Source of the DNA: Candidatus Bathyarchaeota archaeon
GTDB lineage: Archaea; Thermoproteota; Bathyarchaeia; 40CM-2-53-6
Length of the DNA stretch: 64,000 nt
Direction of reading: 5' to 3'
NCBI GenBank assembly: GCA_963733055.1
Contig: CAVTBR010000003.1
Span: 544,001-608,000, forward strand
Made by a program: the position numbers and the translations under genes. Below the pieces are notes generated by a model. It saw only the letters and a list, made by a program, of their open reading frames with translations. It did no database searches and was not told where the DNA came from. Of this stretch, positions 47,557-57,799 are shown piece after piece. The number at the start of each line of letters is the position of its first letter. The first letter of the stretch is position 1.

Positions 47557-47898
47557 TCACTTCTTCATTACAATCGTTCGTAGTCTCGAAACTTTGGTTA
47601 ACGCAAACTTCCGACTCGCCGTAACTAAAACAAACGTCTTTCCCGAACGGAAGATAAACGCGACGACTTTCTCATGAATAAGAATCGAGTATTCAGGCTT
47701 CCCGAAGAACTCGGCTAGATCCTCCGTCTTCTGTTCAGAAACTAACTTCGCAATCAAATGGGGAGTCTTTTCCAAAGGCTCAATCGGCTGCAGTCCTTCT
47801 CTCATACCGCCCTCGATGATTCTTCCATTTCCGTCAACGACCGCGGCGAACCGGACCAGTTTATCAAACCGCATAAGCCGATCATAAAGTCGGGCCAT
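47557..47898 (-). CDS. Roadblock-like (DUF6659-like) protein
   Basis: VRFAAVVDGNGRIIEGGMREGLQP...FGKPEYS. Confidence 0.7.
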   Translation of the reverse strand: MARLYDRLMRFDKLVRFAAVVDGNGRIIEGGMREGLQPIEPLEKTPHLIAKLVSEQKTEDLAEFFGKPEYSILIHEKVVAFIFRSGKTFVLVTASRKFALTKVSRLRTIVMKK

Positions 47899-48036
47899 GG
47901 ATACTCGCTTCCTTGTCTAAACCGAAGATTGACTCTAATCTGGGTTTCGCAATCCCGGTGAAACGGTTCATTTCGGCCGCTGATACTCCCCGCCGGTAGC
48001 CTTTATTTCTCGGCCCCCGAATTCACGGAACGCTTT

Positions 48037-48132
48037 GGGCCGGTCGTCTAGCCTGGTTAGGATATCTGCCTGACAAACACAAAAAGTTCCGAGCGCAGAT
48101 GGTCGCCGGTTCAAGTCCGGCCCGGCCCACCA
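48037..48132 (+). tRNA. tRNA-Val(GAC) with an 18-nt intron at 37/38 (48076-48093) and encoded CCA
   Basis: GGGCCGG TC GTCT AGCCTGGTTA GGAT A TCTGC CTGACA|C GCAGA TGGTC GCCGG TTCAAGT CCGGC CCGGCCC ACCA; TTTATTT about 30 nt upstream. Confidence 0.95.
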
Positions 48133-48305
48133 TTCAATAAGCATTGAAGTTTGCTACGATCTGAGTCAACTGCGTGCATAGATGCTGAGGAGAAGTAAAC
48201 GGTGTAAGCGCGGCGGCTAGGTGAGGGTAGGAATCCCTTTCGAAAGAAATAGGGGCAGGTAGGTTGGAGGCCTACTGGAGAATTGTTCCCGTTGAGTTGA
48301 GTTGG

Positions 48306-48806
48306 TTAATGGCCGATCGTTACTGGTCCTTGTAATGACAAGAAGTATTGTGAGGCTAGCTTGCTTTCCGGGGCAGTAAACATGGCACTATTGCCTTGAA
48401 TCGCGCCGTGAAGCGTTAGCTCCTGTCCGTTGCTCGTTTGCGCGTTGATTTCCACCATGCCTTTGCCATTTTCTGTACCCTGGCCTGAGACGATTGCATA
48501 GCTCTGAGTACCAATCGACATTGTACCTGTGATGCCGCCGATCTTGAGTTGTCCACCATTATTTGTCGACACAGTCCCGTTAAGTAACAGAGTCGCACTT
48601 AGAGACGCATTGCCAGCCGCATTTCCGATGACTGTTGCTTGGCCGGAGGCGTTTATCGTCAAGACACCCGTAGAAGCCGATGGACCGTGCACTGGCTTCA
48701 AAGTAGAAGCGAACAGACTTTGGCCCGCGATTAAGGGTTGAGCGGCTAGCACTGCGATCATAATTGTTACTGCAACCGTGAGGATTCGTTTGTGTGAGAT
48801 TTGCAT
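48306..48806 (-). CDS. Secreted hypothetical protein
   Basis: Signal peptide; Gly/Ser-rich beta domain. Confidence 0.7.
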   Translation of the reverse strand: MQISHKRILTVAVTIMIAVLAAQPLIAGQSLFASTLKPVHGPSASTGVLTINASGQATVIGNAAGNASLSATLLLNGTVSTNNGGQLKIGGITGTMSIGTQSYAIVSGQGTENGKGMVEINAQTSNGQELTLHGAIQGNSAMFTAPESKLASQYFLSLQGPVTIGH

Positions 48807-48921
48807 AATGTCCCACCATTTTCCTAATCTAAGGGCATGGAGACAATTACATCAACACGCTTCCACCGAAACTACTAGCGCTTAAATGGGGAATGGAGAA
48901 CCCAGGCAATGGACGACTAAG

Positions 48922-49704
48922 CTACTTCACGAGTTTGTTTCGGAGCAAGTTCACTGGAACGGACGTGAATATTGCTAGAAATATCAGGATCCATGCGAGA
49001 TCCAACAGGACCGGTATTCCGACATTTCCGAGAACTAAAGGACGAACCACGTTAACCAGATGATATAGTGGACTGAAGAATGCTATGTCCTTCACAACTT
49101 GCGGCAGCGGATCCAGGGGGTAGAAAACTCCGGAGAAGAGGAAGAGTGGAGTGACGAAGAGTGTGAAGAAGTAGTTCACGTGGTATATGCTCTTCAAGAA
49201 TGAGGTATATGTTAAGCCGATAACTGCAAACATTAAACCACCCAATACGCCCATGAAAGGCACGAAAATCGCAAACCAAGAATGAACGAGCCCGAGCGCG
49301 ACGACAACTACGAGCATCACGGTTGCGTAAATTGTACTTCTCGTTGTTGCCCACATCAATTCCCCCACGACTATGTCCTCCACAGTTACCGGGGTCGCCA
49401 TCATAGCTTCATACACCTTGTCAAAATTGATTCGAACGAACGTGTTTATGGTAGTCTCGAAGGACGCGGCGGTCATTATCGATGAAGCAATTAGGCCCGG
49501 CGCGATGAATTGAATGTAGGATAAACCTTCAATTCGGGTAACATACGCGCCCAGGCCGAAACCTAAAGCGAGCAAGTAAATTAACGGATCCATAAGGTTG
49601 GAAATTATAGTTGACCTATAGACGTGTCTGTAAACGCTGACCTCTCGCTGCCAAACTCTAAATGCCTGACGTGGCGAGAACATCACGGGCCTGAATGGGT
49701 TCAC
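48922..49704 (-). CDS. ABC-2 exporter permease (NodJ-like)
   Basis: PLIYLLALGFGLG, YIQFIAPG, TPLFLFSGVFYP. Confidence 0.9.
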   Translation of the reverse strand: MNPFRPVMFSPRQAFRVWQREVSVYRHVYRSTIISNLMDPLIYLLALGFGLGAYVTRIEGLSYIQFIAPGLIASSIMTAASFETTINTFVRINFDKVYEAMMATPVTVEDIVVGELMWATTRSTIYATVMLVVVVALGLVHSWFAIFVPFMGVLGGLMFAVIGLTYTSFLKSIYHVNYFFTLFVTPLFLFSGVFYPLDPLPQVVKDIAFFSPLYHLVNVVRPLVLGNVGIPVLLDLAWILIFLAIFTSVPVNLLRNKLVK

Positions 49705-50612
49705 TCGGTCAAACGCCTTCCAGTCAACTTCAGAAAAACATCTTCTAACGTGCTTCTTCTGACGATCGCGTAATCCGTTTTGACACCCATGGCTTGGAGC
49801 TTGTCTAACAGAGCATCAGCCTCGTTCGAGTATAGAATCAACAGGTCTCTGTAGGCGTCATATCCGCGAATCAAGGGGTCATCTTTAGGTAGCTCAGAGA
49901 TGAGTTTCTCAGGCAACCGCATTTCGAGGACTTCACGGCCAATGTGTTTCTCGACCAGTTCATTTGGCCGACCCTCCTCCATTATCAGCCCTCGATCCAT
50001 GATAACGAGCCTATCACACAGCTGTTGGGCCTCGTCCATGTAATGTGTCGTTATTATCTGCGTGACCCCACGGTTCCTTAACTCGAATAACTTGTCCCAG
50101 ACGAGATGCCGGGCTTGCGGGTCAAGCCCCGTTGTCGGTTCATCGAGAATCAACAATTCAGGATCGCTCATCAGCGCCCTAGAAATCAATAATCGCCTCT
50201 TCATACCTCCGGATAGGTCGACGACCTTCGCATCTTTCTTCTCAGTTAGCTCCATGAAACGTAGTAACTCCTCTGCTCTTCGATTGGCTAATTGCGACGG
50301 TATGTTGAAGAATCGAGCGTATACAGTCAGGTTTTCCGCGACCGGCAAAGCTTCATCTAGATTTGATTCCTGAGGAACAACTCCAATCCGCCTCTTGATT
50401 TCCCTAAGGGATCGCTTCGGGTCTAAACCGAAGACGTGAAACGAACCAGAAGTCGATGGTGAAACGCAACCAATAATCCTCATAGTCGTTGTCTTCCCCG
50501 CCCCGTTCGGGCCGAGAAAACCAAAACATTCACCTTTTCCGACAGTAAAGCTAATTCCACGAACTGCCTGGACACCGTCGAAACGTTTCTCAAGCCCGTT
50601 CGCCTCAACCAC
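49701..50612 (-). CDS. ABC exporter ATP-binding subunit (NodI-like)
   Basis: GPNGAGKTT, LSGGMKRR, LDEPTTGLDPQAR, TTHYMDEA. Confidence 0.93.
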   Translation of the reverse strand: MVEANGLEKRFDGVQAVRGISFTVGKGECFGFLGPNGAGKTTTMRIIGCVSPSTSGSFHVFGLDPKRSLREIKRRIGVVPQESNLDEALPVAENLTVYARFFNIPSQLANRRAEELLRFMELTEKKDAKVVDLSGGMKRRLLISRALMSDPELLILDEPTTGLDPQARHLVWDKLFELRNRGVTQIITTHYMDEAQQLCDRLVIMDRGLIMEEGRPNELVEKHIGREVLEMRLPEKLISELPKDDPLIRGYDAYRDLLILYSNEADALLDKLQAMGVKTDYAIVRRSTLEDVFLKLTGRRLTE

Positions 50613-50758
50613 CGTGGAATTTGATCTGTCCGTCGGAAACCCCCCTCATTTCAGGTGTTGCTTGGAATGCGCAAACACTTCTCTGCCGATAAAAGGTTCA
50701 ACCTTAGATTCGACATTGAGATTTTGTTGGGCTCGGCGATTCGCAAACCTCAGACTCA

Positions 50759-52483
50759 CTATATACCCATTGCATACGGAGTTTGGTATCTGGACGAAGC
50801 GGCTGCACTAATGATCCCATCGCGCTTGTCGACGTGAATGGCGGTGACTCTTCCGTTCACCCAGTCGTCCTCCATCACAACATGATGCCCTCTTCGTTTC
50901 AATTCACGCCCAATTTCCGGTTGAATTCTACCTTCCAAATACACGGCTCCTGACTCGATTTCCCGCGGGTAGAAGGAACTGCGAAACTGTGAATTGTGGA
51001 CGGTGGGGGCGTCAATCGCGGCTTGCAGATTCATACCGAACTCGACGAAATTCAGAAAGAACTGGAGGGTCCATTGATCCTGTTGGTCTCCTCCAGGAGT
51101 CCCGAACGCCATCATTGGTCTATTGTTGAAAGTGACGAGGGTTGGTGATAATGTTGTTCGTGGTCTCTTACGCGGCGAAAGAGAATTGGGGTGGGATTCA
51201 TCTAAAGAGAACATCTGACCTCTTGTTCCAAGCGCGAAACCTAATCCTTTGATCACGGGTGACCCCCAAATCCAGCCGCCGCTTGGTGTAACTGAGACCA
51301 TGTTGCCATCGGAATCGGCAACATCAAGATGCGTTGTATCTCCATGGAGTTTCGATGAACTAAGTAATGGGCCATGCGATATTGTGAAAGTTCCTTCTGT
51401 TTTGTCGAACGACACTCTTCCCATGTCAATTAGTTTACGTCGTTTCTTTGCATACTCTCTGGAAAGAAGCATGCTCATCGGGACCCGAGTGAATAGAGGA
51501 TCACCATAGAACTTCTCTCGGTCAGCGAACGCCAGTTTGGACGCTTCTGTGATGAGGTGAAGGTAATTGGCAGAGTTATGGCCCATTCGACGTAAATTGT
51601 ATCCTTCGAGGAGCCGCAGCTGCTGCAGAAAGACTGGTCCCTGGCTCCAAGGCCCACATTTGTGAACTCTCAGGCCTCTAAAGTCAATTGAAACGCTCTT
51701 CTCGATTCTCGTTTCGTAATCAGACAAATCATCGAAGTTGAGCAGGCATGTGTGGGGTTCGCCGGATGCATCTATCACGGGGTTGTTTGAGGCGAAGTTC
51801 ACGATTTGTCTAGCGATTGGGCCGGAATAGAATAGCTCCCTAGCAGCCAACAAACCCTGAAGACGAGTACGGTCATTTCTCCTCTCTGAAGCCGCGAGTC
51901 TGTGAAGGGTTCGGCCTAGATCGGGTTGGACCAGTAACTGGCCTGTGACGGGAGGCTTGCCGTTCGGAAGGTAGATTTGCGCGGTCGTTGGCCACTCTGT
52001 AAGGAAACGTTTTGCGTGAGCCTTGATGTTTCTCTCCAGAGTAGGGTACACTGGAAAACCATCCTCTGCTAGTCGGATTGCTGGAGCGAGGACTTGCTGA
52101 AGGCTCATTGTTCCAAATTTGGCTAGCAAAGTAATCCAGACATCGAATGAAGCTGGGACGGTTGCTGGTAGAAATCCGTCCCCTGGGATCAAATCGATTG
52201 CTCGATCGAGAAAGAACTCAAGCGTAGCTGCCGCTGGGGCCGTTCCCTGACCTGAGATGGCAAAGACTTTCTTCTGTCTGGATGAATACACGATGGCGGG
52301 TGCTTCACCGCCGATACTATTCATGTGTGGTTCGACTACGTGTAACGCCAAGCCTGTGGCGGCGGCCGCATCAAATGCATTTCCTCCGGCTAGCAGGATT
52401 TCGAATCCTGCGGTCGTTGCCAAGTAGTTTGATGATGTTACGCAGGCTTTAGTCCCGCGGACTATGGGCCTAGTTTCCGACAT
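50759..52483 (-). CDS. ggt: Gamma-glutamyltransferase family protein
   Basis: GGNAFDAA, DTTHL nucleophile, RPRTTLSP, GTPGGDQQ; start taken at MSETRP. Confidence 0.92.
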   Translation of the reverse strand: MSETRPIVRGTKACVTSSNYLATTAGFEILLAGGNAFDAAAATGLALHVVEPHMNSIGGEAPAIVYSSRQKKVFAISGQGTAPAAATLEFFLDRAIDLIPGDGFLPATVPASFDVWITLLAKFGTMSLQQVLAPAIRLAEDGFPVYPTLERNIKAHAKRFLTEWPTTAQIYLPNGKPPVTGQLLVQPDLGRTLHRLAASERRNDRTRLQGLLAARELFYSGPIARQIVNFASNNPVIDASGEPHTCLLNFDDLSDYETRIEKSVSIDFRGLRVHKCGPWSQGPVFLQQLRLLEGYNLRRMGHNSANYLHLITEASKLAFADREKFYGDPLFTRVPMSMLLSREYAKKRRKLIDMGRVSFDKTEGTFTISHGPLLSSSKLHGDTTHLDVADSDGNMVSVTPSGGWIWGSPVIKGLGFALGTRGQMFSLDESHPNSLSPRKRPRTTLSPTLVTFNNRPMMAFGTPGGDQQDQWTLQFFLNFVEFGMNLQAAIDAPTVHNSQFRSSFYPREIESGAVYLEGRIQPEIGRELKRRGHHVVMEDDWVNGRVTAIHVDKRDGIISAAASSRYQTPYAMGI

Positions 52484-52491
52484 TCGGGGCA

Positions 52492-55146
52492 CTATAGATT
52501 TTCTTTGGATTTGACCGACTTCTCTCGAGCAACCGCTTGAGCCGCAACGAGACGAGCTATTGGTACGCGGTACGGTGAACAACTCACATAATCAAGCCGT
52601 AACTGGTGGCAGAATTCAACCGAGCTAGGTTCTCCTCCGTGTTCTCCGCATATTCCCACCTTAAGTTTTGGATTGCTGCGTCGGCCTGCTTCGGTGGCCA
52701 TTTGCATTAGTTTTCCCACTCCCTTCCGGTCCAAAACCTCAAACGGGTCAACCTTGAGTATCCCATTGTCGGTGTAGTCCTTCAGGAACTTCCCCTCCGC
52801 ATCGTCGCGGCTGTAGGCGAAAGTGGCTTGGGTAAGGTCGTTCGTGCCAAATGAGAAGAAGTCGGCGTATTGTGCGATTTCTTCAGCGGTTAAGGCAGCC
52901 CTGGGAACTTCTATCATCGTACCGATTTTATAATCGACCTTGGTGTGGGTGCTCTCCATTACTTTTTCAGCCGTCTGAACTATTCTTGTTCTGAGAAAGC
53001 GGAGCTCGTTCGCTTCTCCGACCAGAGGCAGCATTATTTCTACGTGAACGTTGACTCCTTCCTTAAGTAACTCAGATGCAGCCTCGAAGATCGCTTTAGT
53101 CTGCATTTCGTAAATCTCAGGGTGACTGATTGCTAATCTACAGCCCCGATGCCCCAGCATTGGATTGTGTTCGCTCAACGTAATCACCTTCTTTAGCATT
53201 CGTTCTTTTGAATCGAGCAGGCCTGGGTTTGTTCCTGTCGCTTTGAGCGAGGCGACATCGCCAACTAGCTCCTCAAACTTCGGCAGAAATTCATGCAATG
53301 GAAGATCTAACAACCTGATGGTCACGGGTAGGTCATGCATCTTTTGGAATATTTCTTTGAAATCTTTCTTCTGAAGTGGCCGGAGTTTTTCAAGCGCGTT
53401 AAGCCGATCTACGTCGCTGGCTGCAAGTATCATACTTTGGACAATAGGTAGACGGTCCTGCGCGTTGAACATACGCTCGGTTCTGCAGAGACCGATTCCG
53501 CCTGCGCCGAATTCCCGGCCTCTAGCTGCTCCTTCCGGTGTATCCGCGTTGGCTCGAACGCCGAGTGCACGTATTTCATCAGCCCAGCTTAGCAACTGTT
53601 GCGCGGAAGAGCCCAACTTTGGCTCTACAGTGGGAACGACACCGAGCAGGACGTTTCCTGTTGTCCCGTCTATGGTTATGATGTCATTCTTCTTGATCGT
53701 ATTTTCTCCCGAGCTAAAGCTTGTTGTGGACGGGTCAATCTTGATCTGCTCACAACCGACGACGGCAGGTTTTCCCATTCCACGAGCGACGACCGCAGCA
53801 TGAGAAGTCATTCCTCCCCTACTCGTGAGCACCCCCTTAGCGGCGATCATACCGTGAATGTCTTCGGGAGTTGTTTCTTCTCGAACGAGAATCACACTTT
53901 CTCCGTCCGCACCTAATTTATGCGCCTCGTCCGTGTCGAAGATGACTTTGCCCGTAGCTGCGCCGGGTGAGGCGGGTAACCCAGTTGCGATTGGTTTGGT
54001 CTGATAGTTCGGGTCGATCTGTCTATGAACGAGCTGCTCCAAATGAGAGGGAGACACTCGAAGGACGGACTCCTGTTTTGTGAGAAGTCCTTCGTTTACC
54101 AAGTCAACTGCAATTCTGACCGCTGAGGCCGCGGTTCGTTTCCCTGATCGAGTTTGGAGAATGAATAACTTGCCTTCGTCAATGGTGAATTCTATGTCTT
54201 GCATGTCCTTGAAGTGCCCTTCTAGGAGCCGGCAAACATCGAGAAGTTGTTGATACACGGATGGCATTTCTCGGTTCAGTTCAGAGATCGGTTTGGGGGT
54301 TCGGATACCTGCTACGACATCCTCACCCTGAGCGTTAAGCAGAAATTCCCCGAACAGCGCGGGCTCACCAGTCGATGGGTTTCTTGTGAAACAAACGCCT
54401 GTACCAGAATTCGGGCCTTTGTTTCCAAAGACCATTGTCTGAATATTCACAGCAGTGCCGAGAGTGTCGGGGATCTTGTTCGCCTGTCGATAAATGATCG
54501 CTCTCCTTCCGTTCCACGATTCGAAAACTGCACCGACGGCCATCTTGAGCTGGTCGGAAGGATTTTCTGGAAACCGCTTCTGGGTCGTTTGCTGCACGAG
54601 TTGTTTGAAATCATTCACCATCTGGACGAGTGCCTCTGAATCGAGTTCTACGTCGGACTTCACGTTTAGTCGTGCCTTTTGCTTAGTGATGATTGCTTCA
54701 AAATCCTCGGCTTTCGCTCCCATGACCACTTTCCCAAACATTTGTACAAAGCGTCTGTACGCGTCGTATGCAAACCGTTTGTTGTTAGTTTGGCGAATTA
54801 ATCCTTGAATGGTCTTGTCATTGAGACCGAGATTGAGAACAGTATCCATCATGCCGGGCATAGATATCGGTGCTCCTGAACGGACAGAGACAAGTAGCGG
54901 GTTCTCTCCATCTCCGAAGCGCCGCCCAGTCTTCTTTTCTAGCATGCTCATCTTCCTGAACATCTCTTCTTCGAGTCCCTCAGGGAACTTACCCTGAGAG
55001 CTGTAGTAATTGCATGCCTCGGTTGTCACGATTATTCCGGGCGGGACCGGCAAACCCAACCCGCTCATCTCAGCTAGATCGGCACCTTTTCCGCCCAGCA
55101 GGCTTCTGAGCTTAGAGTTGCCCTCCTCAAAGAGGTAAACGTACAT
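52492..55146 (-). CDS. ppdK: Pyruvate, phosphate dikinase
   Basis: LLGGKGA, LLVSVRSGA, GGMTSHAAVVARG, GLCRTE, FSFGTNDLTQ, GICGEHGG. Confidence 0.97.
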   Translation of the reverse strand: MYVYLFEEGNSKLRSLLGGKGADLAEMSGLGLPVPPGIIVTTEACNYYSSQGKFPEGLEEEMFRKMSMLEKKTGRRFGDGENPLLVSVRSGAPISMPGMMDTVLNLGLNDKTIQGLIRQTNNKRFAYDAYRRFVQMFGKVVMGAKAEDFEAIITKQKARLNVKSDVELDSEALVQMVNDFKQLVQQTTQKRFPENPSDQLKMAVGAVFESWNGRRAIIYRQANKIPDTLGTAVNIQTMVFGNKGPNSGTGVCFTRNPSTGEPALFGEFLLNAQGEDVVAGIRTPKPISELNREMPSVYQQLLDVCRLLEGHFKDMQDIEFTIDEGKLFILQTRSGKRTAASAVRIAVDLVNEGLLTKQESVLRVSPSHLEQLVHRQIDPNYQTKPIATGLPASPGAATGKVIFDTDEAHKLGADGESVILVREETTPEDIHGMIAAKGVLTSRGGMTSHAAVVARGMGKPAVVGCEQIKIDPSTTSFSSGENTIKKNDIITIDGTTGNVLLGVVPTVEPKLGSSAQQLLSWADEIRALGVRANADTPEGAARGREFGAGGIGLCRTERMFNAQDRLPIVQSMILAASDVDRLNALEKLRPLQKKDFKEIFQKMHDLPVTIRLLDLPLHEFLPKFEELVGDVASLKATGTNPGLLDSKERMLKKVITLSEHNPMLGHRGCRLAISHPEIYEMQTKAIFEAASELLKEGVNVHVEIMLPLVGEANELRFLRTRIVQTAEKVMESTHTKVDYKIGTMIEVPRAALTAEEIAQYADFFSFGTNDLTQATFAYSRDDAEGKFLKDYTDNGILKVDPFEVLDRKGVGKLMQMATEAGRRSNPKLKVGICGEHGGEPSSVEFCHQLRLDYVSCSPYRVPIARLVAAQAVAREKSVKSKENL

Positions 55147-55584
55147 CCCGATACTCCTACCTTAGATCGAATGCCCCCTCAATTCTCCATTATTAAGTCG
55201 GTTTCTCGTACCTAGAACTGCTAGTAAGCCGAATTAGATGGCACAGATCTGGATTTAGAGGAAATGAATCGGCAAGGTCTTCTTCTAGAATTCTGACTAT
55301 CACGTCAGCCTAGCGCCGGATAGCACGACTACCAACCGGTTACTCTGAAAATCGTCGAGATTATCCGCCTGATTAAGGCGGCTGATTGGGGTATGGCTAA
55401 GAAATGACGGTTAGTTACTTTCCCACCATACGTTTCTGCAGGACGCACATTTGATGAGGCTGAACTCGGGGGAAAACGGAGCCTCAGTTGGTGCATTCGA
55501 GTGTTCTCTTTGTCTAATGGTTAGGCCCCTATGGCCGCAGGCTGGGCAGTACTCCATCGCTGTTCACCATCCATAGTAGATAAG

Positions 55585-55616
55585 AGTAATACAATTAAAG
55601 CATATCTAGTAATACT
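55585..55616 (+). promoter_or_regulatory. Two GTA-A-TAC boxes flanking a TATA-like element (candidate RHH operator)
   Basis: AGTAATAC at 55585-55592 and palindromic AGTAATACT at 55608-55616. Confidence 0.45.
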
Positions 55617-56500
55617 TGGAAGCCATGAAACGCCGATTCAGTATGACGCTCGACCCGTCTCTGATGCGCAAGATCGACCTTTTGGTAGACGGAACACGTT
55701 TCACCAACCGTTCCCAAACGGCTGAATTTCTACTCAAGTTAGGCATGGATCAGGTTCGTCCCGAGAGAACCGCGCTAATTCTATGCGGCGGCCTTGAACC
55801 TCGTATTAGACCGACGACCTTCGCCACGCCGAAGCCCCTCCTACCCATCGGATATCAACCGCTACTTGAGTACCAGATAGAGTATCTGAAACGGTTCGAA
55901 TTCGACCGCATAATTCTAGCCATTGGGTTTCTGCAAGAACAGATAGTTCGCTATTTGGACGAGCGTAAGCTTGGAGTTCGGTTACGGTACAGTTTCGAAA
56001 AAGAACCGCTCGACACCGGTGGCGCGATCAAAAGTGCCGAACTGATGATCAATTCTGATTTCCTAACCCTGAACGGAGACGTGATCTTTTCGGACCTAGA
56101 TCTTGACAAGCTGATCTATGCACACAAAAAATCGGATTCATTGGTAACCGTGGTCCTGGCGAAGTCAGAAACCCCCGCTCGGTTCGGCGCTGTGGAACTC
56201 GATGCCGAAAACCGAGTAGTGAGCTTCGTCGAGAAGCCACGTAAACAGCCTGCGGGGGAATCGTGGGTAAACGCAGGAGTGTACGTCATTCGACCCACAG
56301 TATTGGGCAAGATCACGAAAGCTAGGCGGGCCTCCCTAGAGTTGGACGTATTCCCGAAGTTAATGCGAGAAGGCAAGATATTCGGGTATAAGCATGAGGG
56401 CTACTGGGCCGATGTTGGAACACCCGAAGATTATCTTCGCGTTCAACGGGACATCCTCACTGGAGTGTTCAAACCCCAAGAGAGCATCCCAAGCGCTTAA
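55616..56500 (+). CDS. Ribbon-helix-helix domain fused to an NDP-sugar nucleotidyltransferase domain
   Basis: RFSMTLDPSLMRKID.LVD..RFTNRSQTAE, then ALILCGG..PRIRP...PKPLLP, NGD, FVEKP, YWADVGT. Confidence 0.85.
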   Translation: MEAMKRRFSMTLDPSLMRKIDLLVDGTRFTNRSQTAEFLLKLGMDQVRPERTALILCGGLEPRIRPTTFATPKPLLPIGYQPLLEYQIEYLKRFEFDRIILAIGFLQEQIVRYLDERKLGVRLRYSFEKEPLDTGGAIKSAELMINSDFLTLNGDVIFSDLDLDKLIYAHKKSDSLVTVVLAKSETPARFGAVELDAENRVVSFVEKPRKQPAGESWVNAGVYVIRPTVLGKITKARRASLELDVFPKLMREGKIFGYKHEGYWADVGTPEDYLRVQRDILTGVFKPQESIPSA

Positions 56501-56515
56501 CCGACTCGAACAGGG

Positions 56516-57652
56516 CTAAGATAAAAGGTCTAGCCGCCCTTTCAGATCCTTAACAGTGCGTAATATCTCATCGCGGTCGACGTGGCTCGAAAGTTCCTTT
56601 CGACCCTCGCCCTGGCTCGTGACACTCTTTGGCGCAGCCTCACCAACGAGCGCCTCAAACACTTTCTGCCAACCTTGTGGTGATGTGGCAGGCATTGGCA
56701 GATCAATCAAGGTGGCTGCTGCGAGCGTCCATGCTCTTGCAACGTTAGCTGGGTTGTATCCTCCTCCACCAAAGACGACCAGCCGACCCCCCGCAACTTC
56801 TTGCGCCAATTCGCGGGCGGTTTTCACGATTTCTACGTACGCGCTCGTAGTTAGTTGTAGGTGTGCGAGGAGGTCATTGGCGTGGGCGTCTGCTCCACAC
56901 TGAAGAAGCAACATTTCAGGGCGGTATTTTCGCACCGCGTTCGGGACGACTTCCCTGAACGATGACAAATATGGTTCATCATCCGTGAAGGGTGGCAGAG
57001 GCACATTGATCTTGTAACCCGCGCCTGCGCCCTCTCCAATCTCGTGCGTAAACCCTGTTCCCGGGAAAAGATGACGTCCATCCTCGTGAAAATCTATGTC
57101 CAAAACTCCGCCGTCGGAATAGAAACCGTACATGACTCCGTCCCCATGATGCGCATCAACATCCAGATAGAGGATCCTCTTGAGACCGTATTTCTTCTTG
57201 AGATACGCGATTGAGATGGCAGGGTCATTGAATATGCAGAAACCAGACGCGCGGCCTGGATGGGCGTGGTGCAGGCCTCCGGAAATGTTCATGGCATAAG
57301 TAACTTCACCCGACATCACCAATTCGACGGCTCTCAAGGACGCTCCTGTGGCGAGCGCCGACGCTTGATAACATCCTTTGAACGCAGGTGTATCACCGTT
57401 GTCAAGAAAACCAGTACCAGTCTTGTCCGCACTCTTCACTAGATCTAAGTAGTCTTGGTCATGGAAGAGTAGCAGTTCCTGATGGCTGGCCACGCGGGGC
57501 TCGACCACTTTAACCTTCGGAGATTTGAGTACACCAGTGGCCTGCATCAAATCATAAGTTAATTTTAGCCTTGTAGGCTTAAGCGGGTGCGTTGGGCCGA
57601 AGTCGTAATGTTGGAACGTGTCGCTGTAGACTATGCCGAGCGTTTCTGTCAG
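56516..57652 (-). CDS. acuC: AcuC/histone-deacetylase family protein (probable CTG start)
   Basis: GGLHHA, GFCIFND, DVDAHHGDG, QCGAD, GGGGY; frame extends to LTETLGIVYS...YDFGPTHPLKPTRL. Confidence 0.9.
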   Translation of the reverse strand: MTETLGIVYSDTFQHYDFGPTHPLKPTRLKLTYDLMQATGVLKSPKVKVVEPRVASHQELLLFHDQDYLDLVKSADKTGTGFLDNGDTPAFKGCYQASALATGASLRAVELVMSGEVTYAMNISGGLHHAHPGRASGFCIFNDPAISIAYLKKKYGLKRILYLDVDAHHGDGVMYGFYSDGGVLDIDFHEDGRHLFPGTGFTHEIGEGAGAGYKINVPLPPFTDDEPYLSSFREVVPNAVRKYRPEMLLLQCGADAHANDLLAHLQLTTSAYVEIVKTARELAQEVAGGRLVVFGGGGYNPANVARAWTLAAATLIDLPMPATSPQGWQKVFEALVGEAAPKSVTSQGEGRKELSSHVDRDEILRTVKDLKGRLDLLS

Positions 57653-57799
57653 AGAAGGCCCCTCGAATGGTATGGGTTGTGATGACTCCGTTTGTTATGG
57701 ATTTGGGTCATACCATGTCATACATTCGAACTTCAACTTTCCCACGGTTCACCCAAGCTTAAATAATCCATACGTAATATCGATCGATGGTGTAAGAGG

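Noticed and set aside
48133-48305. tRNA-Val as a second integration site
   Set aside because: No integrase or duplicated tRNA 3' end nearby
55150-55580. TGATGA/CTGA and small hairpins suggesting a C/D RNA
   Set aside because: The boxes are only 2 nt apart, with no guide-length spacers
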